Of a stretch of 64,000 nt of DNA, positions 54,301-64,000 are shown piece after piece. The stretch is from NCBI RefSeq assembly GCF_964204645.1, contig NC_134027.1:27552560-27616559 (forward strand), read 5' to 3'. The DNA is from Tubulanus polymorphus (taxonomy: Eukaryota > Animalia > Nemertea). How positions within the stretch are numbered: the stretch's first letter is position 1; every line of letters begins with the position of its first letter. Below the pieces are notes generated by a model that was given only the letters and a program-made list of their open reading frames with translations, did not search any database and was not told where the DNA came from. The position numbers and the translations under genes are program-made.

Positions 54301-55235
54301 AATATAGAATTTCATCCCGAGCAAGAAAATTGGAATAATTTCACACTGGATATAACGAACTATCAGTTATAATAAACAGATTTTCTGTTCTCCTGAAGTT
54401 CGTTGTATCGAGGTTCCGCTGTATATAGAACTATCGGTTATAACAAACAGATTTTCTGTTCTCCTGAAGTTCGTTGTAACGAGGTTCCGCTGTATATAGA
54501 ACTATCGGTTATAACGAACAGATTTTCTGGTCTCCTGAAGTTCGTTGTAACGAGGTTCCGCTGTATATAGAACTATCGGTTATAACGAACAGATTTTCTG
54601 GTCTCCTGAAGTTCGTTGTATCGAGGTTCCGCTGTATATAGAACTATCGGTTATAACGAACAGATTTTCTGGTCTCCTGAAGTTCGTTGTATCGAGGTTC
54701 CGCTGTATATAGAACTATCAGTTATAACGAACAGATTTTCTGGTCTCCTGAAGTTCGTTGTAACGAGGTTCCGCTGTATATAGAACTATCGGTTATAACG
54801 AACAGATTTTCTGGTCTCCTGAAGTTTGTTGTAACGAGGTTCCGCTGTATATAGAACTATCGGTTATAACGAACAGATTATCTGGTCTCGTGAAATTCGT
54901 TGTAACGAGGTTACACTGTAGTAGCTTAAATAGGCGTAGGGGCCTACTGGATGATCTCAGCTACAGAGTACAGTTCACCCCCAAACTTCAAATACGCGAT
55001 CAAATTTACCTCTATCTTCATGATTGTTGGTATCTGATTGGTGGAATTCGGATTGCCATGTATCAGAAACTCTTCTGTAATATTCTAAAGTAGTTTCTGG
55101 TAGTTTACGTCTGCGTCCCTCTCCACCCTCTCCAACAGCGCCACCTGCTTCTTCTTCATTATCGGCATCAAATTTTTTATTATGATTTCCAGGTTTCTTC
55201 TTCTTCTGGTGAAATGTTGATTTATTTTTAGACAT
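51315..55235 (-). CDS. NOP9: Nucleolar protein 9 (Pumilio/PUF-repeat 18S rRNA processing factor), multi-exon
   Basis: ATG at 55235 with a basic N-terminus; TLEYYRRV, S.VVE.ML, GCHVLQT, SHNTASFLIE, ANFILQK, GHLTTDSS, NLQGALIVQ.LL.F, GSHVFDAF, DKFGSRVIDALW; poly-K C-terminus. Stop at 51315. Confidence 0.9.
53333..53466. repeat. G-rich 38-bp minisatellite (~3.5 copies)
   Basis: ggttagggttttcaggggtagggtactagagcgcacc. Confidence 0.8.
54350..54920. repeat. 71-bp minisatellite, ~8 copies, in NOP9 intron 1
   Basis: Unit tatatagaactatcggttataacgaacagattttctggtctcctgaagttcgttgtaacgaggttccgctg. Confidence 0.93.
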
Positions 55236-55525
55236 TTTACACTTCTGAAATCAGACTGCATTATCTCAACAAATAACACCGAGCACTTATAAATCGTACA
55301 CGTTCTGGTGACAATATTATTCAATTGAATTGAATTTGATTGAAGAATTGATATTTCTTTATTTCTCAGACTGACTGAGATGATAGTGATGACAGGCCTA
55401 TTTTAGCCTATATCAAGTTAAAGCCATAGTTTGTAGTTGTTTCAAAGCTATTACTTGGTATTTTCCCTATAGCAGATAATGGTCAAACAACATGTGTTTT
55501 ATCCTATCAGTTTTAGCCCTAACTG

Positions 55526-55738
55526 GCGAACCAGCCATCAGGTGGGGCGCCGATTTCCCGGATATGGACCATACTTTGATCTAACCCTAACCCTAGCCTA
55601 CCACTGCCGGTGGAATTGAGTGGCGTCCATATCAAGGAAATCCCACGGAGGTGAGTGGTTCTGCGTATTGAGCAACAACGGAATTCCCTCTAACCTACTT
55701 ATTTAAACAGGGATATCCCAATGTCAAATAACCAGTAA
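55526..55738 (+). repeat. ~200-bp duplicated element, copy 1 (upstream of NOP9)
   Basis: Homologous to 59479-59724: ctaaccctaaccctagc, gaattgagtggcgtccatatca.ggaaatcc, ggttctgcgt..gagcaacaacggaattccctct, gggatatccc..tgtcaaa. Confidence 0.85.
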
Positions 55739-56759
55739 TACTAATTAGCGAAAATGCCCGTACAAATCACGGGTTTAATTAACCGAGTCCAGTTTTAATT
55801 GAAAAAGCTTAAAACGGGTAAATTTCAATTATTTTCCTCGTAAAAAAGGAAGTAGCCAATAATAAAATAGCAATTCAACTGGGCGCTGCGGAAACTGGGA
55901 GGGACCAGGTACCGCGAGCGGCGGTGCCGGTAGAGCACTATAAATGTAGTAGTTTTTGTCACTTCATGCGGATTCGGCTGATTTTTATCGAAACGGGGCT
56001 GCTTCCTCACTCCCGACGGACGCAAGGCGTAGTAGTATATATTGTTCACATGACTATTTTTCCGCGGTCTCTCAGGAATCGGCGCTGGGTGAATCCGAGA
56101 CTCCCGGGTTTTTATATCCTAAGTCGCAGCTCTCGCTGTCTTTCCTTAGAATAAAACCGATCTAATCTTCAACAATGATGAAGAGAGCACATGATATTTT
56201 CAGATGAAAAGAATTTATTGTAGAATAAAGCGATATAAGACCTATAACGATCAATAATAGCGGCCCGGCGAGAAACCGAAATACCGTGACCGTCCTGCAT
56301 AATTCCCGGGTTTTTATATAAAACCAGGGCCTGGTTTTATAGACTGATATTTTTTATCTTTAACCCGCTAACTCAATTGAAAATGAATTGAGTTAGCCCC
56401 TGGGTAAAAGTAACAATACCGGTCTATAACTTAAACCGGCCCTAGGACGGTACATGAAATATTAACATCGATATACTGACTGTACATGAAACGAACATGT
56501 ATTATAATCTAAAAGAGTAACAATTAAGAACGGTTACATCATAAGATGTGTAGAGACAGAATGTCAACTCTAATCTAAATTTGAGTTTGAATACAAACTG
56601 ATATCATATTTGAAACATGATTTCGTACATTTTTAAATCTACGAAATTGCTTAACATAATATCACGCGTAAATAGACCCAAAGCTACGAATATAAAATAT
56701 TTCAACATTTAAATGAAAAATTACGAGTAAGCGCTATATATAAATAAGCAGATGGATTG

Positions 56760-57000
56760 CAGGGCGGATCCAGGGTCCAATTTTGACAGCCACCTAGCCA
56801 AAGTTTTCAAAATACTTTCCAGAATATACTCAATGCGTAACGATTGAATATGCGAAACACTTTTCAGATGCACATCCTTAGAAAATTGTGCATGAAAATA
56901 CATTTGAAAAGTTCTCCATTTGCCTTTCCAAAAATTAAGGCATTTCAGAGTTTTTGAGTGTCTCACGCGAGACATGTGAGGTACCCTAAATCCACCACTG
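56760..57000. mobile_element. Probable MITE with CAG(T/G)G.GGAT termini
   Basis: cagggcggatccaggg ... ccctaaatccaccactg; no clear TSD. Confidence 0.45.
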
Positions 57001-57333
57001 GATTATTTATTAATAACAGGATCGTGGAATTAAGTAAAACCAATTATTGTTGTGATTTTTCCCACCCACATCGGTCATATTTAGATCCCCGGATGTAAAC
57101 CATAGTGTATAAAATTTTTCCTAAAATTCTACTTTTAATCATTTCGTTTAGAAATGATAGGTCAAGAGGAATGTTTAAATCGGATCAAATTTAGCGCAAG
57201 TATGTGCTTGAATTATATAATTGCAAAAATATATTCCATCGTTTAAAGAAAATACATGTGTGCACTGGTACACAATCTGTCACGTTCTCTTGGCTTTATT
57301 CGGCTTTCTCTATAACGAAAGTTCATGGTAAAA

Positions 57334-58785
57334 TCAATCAGCTTCCGTGATCAAGTATGTTGTCAAGCAATCTGACGAATTCGCAGTACAGATTGTGAGC
57401 CGTTCGGATTTTAACCGAACAACTCTCCACATTATTCTATCTATTCTACCTATAGAAATTTTGTCCGTTAGACTACCATCAGCATTGACTCTAATTTGCC
57501 AAACTGATGTTTCGTCGGTAGATTTAAGGCGTATAAACAAAATAATATAAGAACTGGTTGGACAGAATAGATGAATATTGTTGCAAGATCCAGGCTTACA
57601 GATTTCATTAAGGCTAATTCTATGTTTAACACTGAGTTGTGTATCATCTTGTACAATTTGATATAGAACTTCTTCATGTTCGCCGCCAACTACCATATAA
57701 TAACACACAAGAATAATCTCCGCATTCATTATTGTTATAACATCTCTGATAGTTGCATCAACGGTAAGCATCATCTTTGATTGTTTATCGATAAACCTCG
57801 TATTGGTATCTGCTGCAGCAGTGACCGGTTTAATTTTGAAGTATGTAAGAACTTTCCCGAGGCCTATATATAACCGGTTGTTTGCAATGAAACATACACG
57901 GATGCTGTTGATTCCTGGCAATGTTGGGACAAACCCGGTACACTTGTAAAACTGTTGCCCGGCTGCTTCTGTTACTAAGTTATATCGGCGCACACTTATC
58001 TTACCTACACTTATGCAGAATGCGTACAAAGAATTTGTTTCGTAATCCAGTCTTACTAGACAAAGGGATGGCATATTTTTGAATATTTTATCAGTAGAAA
58101 CTTGATCAAGCTGATCATTCACAGCTGATCCCCTATCGAGCAGAATATTTCCATCCGGTAAAGTTGTCATTAACTCAGTTTGTAAGGAGAGCTTTGGATG
58201 ACGCCTGTATTCAGAAATTTCGAAGGTTTTATGTTCGTTAGGTGTTTCTATTGGAGCTGGCGTCTCACACCTGACCCCTCCTACCGCTCCCGGAGGAATG
58301 ACCTCTTCACATCCCACCAATTCTCCGAGGACGACATGTTTTGATGGTGATAGAGCACGTTTAAAATGAATATTCACATTTTCAACTTGAGTTGCTTCAA
58401 CCAATGCATCAACATCTCCAACAGCAATTTGTATATGAGCATTAGTGAACTCTTCTATATCCTCTACATCTATTTGACCTTGTTCCATGTTAACCAATGA
58501 CGACTCAAACATCGTCAACTTGTTCAAACATTTCGTAACCTTCTTCAGCGCATCCTTCGAGATTCCCTGTAATTCCTGTCGCCTGATATCAATCTGTGAC
58601 TTGTACTCTTCATACCAAACATCTAGTTGTATTTTCATGTTGTCCACAGATAGTTTAACATCTTGTTCTACACTCTGTAGTTCAGCCATCCTCTCCTGTG
58701 TTGTGTTACTGATATTAGTGACAAGATCAGTCAACATTGTCTTGCGAGTCTCAATATTCTTGATAGACCTTTGAAGCGCCATCAT
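57334..58785 (-). CDS. Uncharacterised 483-aa protein, single coding exon: N-terminal coiled coil plus a beta-strand-rich C-terminal domain (resembles a TRIM-NHL-like protein lacking RING/B-box)
   Basis: Long ORF preceded by an acceptor (gtatttcag at 58791) and an in-frame TAA immediately before the ATG. The first ~110 aa are heptad-like, followed by an 'F......VVLGELV' linker and alternating hydrophobic strands. The family call is an inference. Confidence 0.72.
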   Translation of the reverse strand: MMALQRSIKNIETRKTMLTDLVTNISNTTQERMAELQSVEQDVKLSVDNMKIQLDVWYEEYKSQIDIRRQELQGISKDALKKVTKCLNKLTMFESSLVNMEQGQIDVEDIEEFTNAHIQIAVGDVDALVEATQVENVNIHFKRALSPSKHVVLGELVGCEEVIPPGAVGGVRCETPAPIETPNEHKTFEISEYRRHPKLSLQTELMTTLPDGNILLDRGSAVNDQLDQVSTDKIFKNMPSLCLVRLDYETNSLYAFCISVGKISVRRYNLVTEAAGQQFYKCTGFVPTLPGINSIRVCFIANNRLYIGLGKVLTYFKIKPVTAAADTNTRFIDKQSKMMLTVDATIRDVITIMNAEIILVCYYMVVGGEHEEVLYQIVQDDTQLSVKHRISLNEICKPGSCNNIHLFCPTSSYIILFIRLKSTDETSVWQIRVNADGSLTDKISIGRIDRIMWRVVRLKSERLTICTANSSDCLTTYLITEAD

Positions 58786-59478
58786 TTACTCTGAAATACA
58801 AATGTTCACAATATAATGTATGTTGAAGTTAATGTAGATCAGGTCCATAGTAAGTTACCTGAAAATATCTGATCGTGAAACTGAACTACAGAGGTTACTG
58901 ACTAACAGGTCCAGGGACATCATGCCCACTTTGTTAAATTCTTGGCAATCTGACAATATTTAACACCCCCTTACCGACCCGTCCAGCTGGTGAACAAAAT
59001 CGACCTCAGAAATCAATGACCTTGAAACTAACCACAATGATTGAAAATTAATGTACATATGAAAAATCCAAAAATTGATCCAAGTGTCAACAAAATTTTC
59101 CTGAGAGTCAGCCATTTTGATAGGGCCAGTTTTTTGTAGAATTGGGTTTAAACCAAATCTAAACAAATACAAAAGCACCATCAACAGACGGACGAACATT
59201 CAACGCTATAGCGTTCAATAATCCACTGGGACTTAAGACTTAGGGGCGGGGGTAGGCTCATATCAAAAACGAAAGTGAAAGTGAATGATAGATTCTAACT
59301 TTCTGCCTACTTTCCTGAAATAAAGGCCATGTGACATGGTTTTAAATGTAAGCGTAACATACCCAATGAATAATGAAACAGGTAACAGACGATGAAATAT
59401 AGACTTACGTTGTTTTTCAGTTGTTTTAATGAAGATCAACGAAGGATTTCTTGTGAATGCGTTTCAGCGCCTCTCTAT

Positions 59479-59724
59479 CGAGCCAGCCACTTCAGTATTT
59501 CCCCCATATGGATGTCACCTAACCCTAACCCTAGCTCTTTACACTAGCGCCGTCTTCAGAATTGAGTGGCGTCCATATCACGGAAATCCACTTGAGGTGA
59601 ATGGTTCTGCGTGTCGAGCAACAACGGAATTCCCTCTGACCTAGTTTAACCAGGGATTCCTATGGAATTCTCTCTAACCAACTTCTCTAAATGAGGGATA
59701 TCCCTTTGTCAAAATGGCCAGTAT
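59479..59724 (+). repeat. ~200-bp duplicated element, copy 2 (runs into the GAN start codon)
   Basis: Same orientation as 55526-55738, with an internal duplication of the ggaattc.ctct..acc segment. Confidence 0.85.
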
Positions 59725-62700
59725 TAGTGATAATGTCGATGCCGCTTCAGTAAACGGCACAAATACTTGTAAACTGTTCCACGCCTTACATTCAGTTAAT
59801 GTTCTAAAGAGTCTCAATGAAACAAGGAAGAACAGATCTCTGTGCGATGGTATAGTTTTAGTTTCTGGTGAAGAGGTTGCTGTTCAGAAGGGAATGCTCG
59901 CTGCATGCAGTCCATATTTCAGGTCTGTCCAGTGTTTTGTCTGTCTGTAAACTGTTTGTTTGAAAGGCCACTTTTCCTTTAAATGTCCCTAACGTTATAG
60001 CATATCCACACAATGGCCTGTTATACAATTTTTAGGGCTACACGTAAATAAAGATTTCTGGCCCGTGTCACTGCCTGTTGAAAATACATCGTCATTTGAT
60101 TGGTTAGATTCAGACTTATGTCTCACTTGGCCAACAATATCTAGTATCCGCTAGGGTAGTACTTTGATTTGGGCCCTCGGCTGTAGAGGCCTTCAAACAT
60201 GGCCTCTACGGCCTATTATAGCGCGCACATGTTCTATCTTATACACAGTGTTTATACATTTATTTCTGCTCTAAGTAACTTTATTGTTTGTACGATACGG
60301 ACTTCTAACGCGAGGGACCGAGTTAGCATCCGAACCCACCCCCAGGACTCGAGCTACAACCAGCCTTTCAAACCCATCTCCACCATCACTGCGCCAACCT
60401 GTACCAGCAGAATAATCAGCCTGTTGATTGATTGAGGCTGGTAACCAGGATGATGATGATGACCCTGAATTTTGATTTGTCATGCGAGCTCGTGAGTTCT
60501 GAAGTTTCGATCTCGTAGAATGATGATGTTTGATATATAATATTTTCAGAGCTGTATACACATATGATCACCACTCCGTAACCGATGCTGCTGCTGCTGC
60601 TGAAGCTGTTGTCCTCGACGATATTTCTACGCAGACATTCGCTCAGATTCTAGAATACATTTACACATCAGTGATCACTTTAAATGAAGAGAATATTCAG
60701 GATATTTTACAAGCTGCAGATTTATTGTTACTCGCCGAGTTGAAATCGTTATGCTGTGAATACCTCGAACAATGTCTATCGTCTAATAATTGTCTGGGAA
60801 TTATTGATTTTTCTGAGCGGTATTCCTGTCCACGGGTTCTTTATAAAGCTCAGCAATATCTTCACGAACATTTCAGGTAAGTATCAAATGATCTTGTTTT
60901 ACCTGAGTCCGTGTATACAGTCCACATACCGGTAATCTTCAATCTAACATCCAGTTACCCCTAGGGCCGGTTGCACAGTCTAGTCTGAGACCAACTTAGT
61001 TCTGTAGCCAATTTAACAACTTAAGACCAGTTTTAAGGTTTTAAGTCATTGGTTTGGGCTGCCCAGGTGACCAGCTTTACACCAATAACAGCCTAGGGTT
61101 TAGTCAGGGTGGTCTGTTTATATGGATCTGGTAAACAATGAAAACCCTAGTTGTGACCTGTCTGTTGCGACCAGATCTAGCTCGGTCAGTCTATAATCAT
61201 AACGACAGATACTATAGTTGTTTGAGGTGATCACCGTCTCAATGTTTTTGATTGTAGTGAAGTGATGAATTCAGAAGAGTTTGGACAGCTTTCTACATCG
61301 AAATTACAAACTTTACTGCAAGAAAACAAACTGAAAGTTCATTCAGAGAGTACAATATTGAACGCTATAATAAACTGGATCAGCGGCGATCGAAAGCAGA
61401 ATCGAACCGATCAATTCAAACATCTTGTTTCTAACTGTGTTCGTATTTCACAATTAGAAATAAATCGAATAAATCTTCCTCGGAAACTCGATTGGTTAAA
61501 ACAAACTGATTTGCATAAATTATTGCGAGATTTAAAACCAAAGAATGAGAATTCTTCGGCTCGTGGTTATTGCGATGTGTTAGTTACAGCTGGTGGCGAA
61601 GGCTCTTCTGATCAAAAGTAAAAATAACTGAATTCCGAATGAGTTTCATGATTTATTCACGGATCAGTATTAATAGTTATTTTGTATGAATTTTAGCGAT
61701 TGTGATGTTGCGACAGTTGAAGCAAAATCAACAGTTCGGTTTATAATACCACACAACGGAACGAACGCACGTTGCGAACAGTGGTTAGATTTACCTGCTA
61801 TGAGCTCACCTAGAATTGGACATGGATTAGTTGAAGCAGGTTTGTATTAGTCGTATTCAGTTCTGTTCCAACCTCGCTTACCAGGGGTCGGTTCCATAGA
61901 CAGGGATTAGACTTAAGACCAGTCTAAGACAAACTGAGTTCTATAGCCAATCTAACAAGACCAGTCTTAAGGTTTAAGTCCACTTTTGGTCTTAAGTGTT
62001 GCCTATGGAACCGGCTCCTGCCGAACACAAACTCTAGCTGCGGTTCCTTCATTGTTTGGCTGGACAGGTTCCCACGGCAATCAGTCTATGTTGTATTTAA
62101 GCCAATCAAATGCGATGTTATTCAATGACAGATTCGCTTTATCGATACCACGCATCTGATTGGTTCAATACACGTAGGTTACTGGTAGTAATGACTTCTC
62201 TTGATTAAGTCTGTTTACTCCAGTAAACTGCTCCTAAAACGGTTCAGTCAGCCCGATTAAACCGTAAAGGTTTGCTGGTTTGAGTAAACCAGTCCTAACT
62301 CTGTAACTCTGTGTGTCGAATGAGTATTCTTCTAATATCCAGAACCCAGTTCCACAGTTGTGAGTTAGAGTTAACTCTGAGTTAAAGTTAGTTCATTTTC
62401 AATGTTTTAACCCAGGGTCAAATCTTAACTCAGAACTGTGGAACTGGACCCAGTTGGTATCCAGACACTGTTTTAGGGGTAAAACCTTATCTGAAATTGT
62501 GTCTGTTATTAATATGATGACTGTATATATTTCTAGGCGGTTGTCTGTTTGTGATTGGAGGTAGAGATAACAGCGGTAACATTTTAAACACCGGTGAGAA
62601 ATTCAACCCTGAAACTAACAACTGGCAGACGATATCCCCGATGTCTCACGCTCGAGTCGGGTTCGGATTAATCGTTGTCGACGATAAAATCTACGCTCTC

Positions 62701-63381
62701 GGAGGTAGTAATAACATGTGCGATCCTGTACGCAGCGTAGAGGAGTATTCTATCTATACCAATAGGTGGCGCTCGTTACCGGGTATGTGTTTGAAGCGAG
62801 CGTGGGCGGCTTACGCAGTCGTTAATAAGAAGATTTACGTGATCGGCGGAGGAGTGATGGGACAGATTTACGAATCGGTCGAATATTTCGATACTCGCGA
62901 TGAAACGTGGAATACGATCGCTCCGATGAAAGAACGTCGGTTCGACGCTCGAGCTGTCAGTTGTCACGGCGACGTGTACGTATTCGGCGGATTGAGACGT
63001 TTAGAATGTCCGTCAGCGTCCGTTCACGGAACCGGGATGAAATTCTGCGGCACGGAGGTTTATTCTACCGAGTTACAACAATGGACGACGATGATGCAGC
63101 GTTCTAGCGGTATGTGCTGTATGAACGAGAACTCGCATGTCGACAGCGCCCTCTATTTACCGGTTACTAACGAGATTTATTTAACGGGCGATTTAGATAT
63201 CGGCGGAGTTTATCATCACGTGAGGGCTTTAAATATGAATAATCACTCGTGGAGAGGAGTCGTAATTAATAAACCTCACAATCAACGTAACGGTGCTTAC
63301 TGCTTCTATAGACTCTCGAATTCATTCATTAAAACTAATTCGGAAACTTTTTATAATAAGAATAAAACGAAAACCGACTAG
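59714..63381 (+). CDS. GAN: Gigaxonin (BTB-BACK-Kelch, KLHL16), 5 coding exons
   Basis: CDG.VLVSGEEVAVQK.MLAACSPYFR and LNEENIQDILQAADLLLLAELKSLCCEYLEQC...NCLGI.DF closely recall human gigaxonin. A BACK exon lies at ~61258-61617. Kelch repeats with GG motifs (IGGRD..LNTGEKFNP, YALGG, KKIYVIGGG). TAG at 63379-63381. Confidence 0.88.
61885..62016. mobile_element. 'gacttaagacc' palindromic MITE
   Basis: ggtcggttccatag...ctatggaaccggc termini; the body is shared with 46050-46190. Confidence 0.78.
62344..62451. mobile_element. 'ccagttccacag' palindromic MITE (most complete copy)
   Basis: ccagttccacagttgtgagtta ... taactcagaactgtggaactgg, near-perfect ~22-bp TIR. Confidence 0.82.
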
Positions 63382-63388
63382 TTGTGTG

Positions 63389-63575
63389 AGGGGGACATCC
63401 ATTGCGGGGAGTAGGGGTCATCCATTGCGGGAGTAGGGGACATCCATTGCGGGGAGTAGGGGTCATCCATTGCGGGAGTAGGGGTCATCCATTGCGGGGA
63501 GTAGGGGTCATCCATTGCGGGAGTAGGGGTCATCCATTGCGGGAGTAGGGGACATCCATTGCGGGGAGTGGGGAG
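63389..63575. repeat. 22/23-bp G-rich minisatellite (~8 copies) directly after the GAN stop codon
   Basis: Unit gtagggg(t/a)catccattgcggg(g)a. Confidence 0.9.
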
Positions 63576-64000
63576 TCTTAAAATTGTCCCCTATACATTA
63601 CGTAGTGCTTAGAAGGGTTGAAAATAATTACAATATACGAACAATAGACTCCTCTTAATTAGACTCGATTTGAACCAGTGATTTTACTGTTCAGTTATAG
63701 AATTAAATTCACTTTCTGTTAATTGTTCAATGTTCTAAGATTTGTGTTTGAGTTCAGCGATATTTACGAGTTTATACTTTATAAAGGGTTCCTTAATCAA
63801 TTTAAATGTAGCTTCATGTTCAAACAATATATGAGTTTCCTCAATATCTTTAAGATGCTGCTCTAATGTTTTATGTATATGTTTATCGTTAGTTCATTTT
63901 GTAAATTCTGATGTAGTTTAACTGTGTAATTTCTGTTGCACACAATTTCATTTCTAGTTATTACGTTATCGTGATATTCCCTTGATAAGCATTTCATATA

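Overview
This is AT-rich, intron-rich, gene-dense animal DNA, not a prokaryote. A marine invertebrate, probably a lophotrochozoan, is inferred from gene content and short GT-AG introns; the species cannot be determined here. About 13 protein-coding genes in order: RBL1/2-like pocket protein (-, 3' end outside window), intronless class-A GPCR (+), C2H2 zinc finger (+), CEP89 (-), PNP (-), OXA1L (+), PDP1/2 (-), KMO (-), TK2 (+), mitochondrial quinone-oxidoreductase-like gene (+), NOP9 (-), an orphan 483-aa coiled-coil/beta-rich gene (-) and gigaxonin GAN (+). Introns carry many non-autonomous elements (piggyBac-, Harbinger/Tourist- and hAT-like MITEs, foldbacks, a tRNA-derived SINE) and minisatellites. 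The most unusual observation is an array of 17 tandem, in-frame, stop-free copies of the CEP89 exon-2 splice acceptor (21-nt unit), which could add a tunable (AHIVVLQ)n insert. Others: a duplicated in-frame donor in KMO; a piggyBac MITE with its empty site in the same window; a ~200-bp duplication flanking the orphan gene that includes the GAN start codon; a run of consecutive mitochondrial-protein genes; and a gene set matching human 16q/14q11-12/19q13. Gene names come from recalled motif similarity, not database searches. No CRISPR, rRNA or intact tRNA gene was seen.
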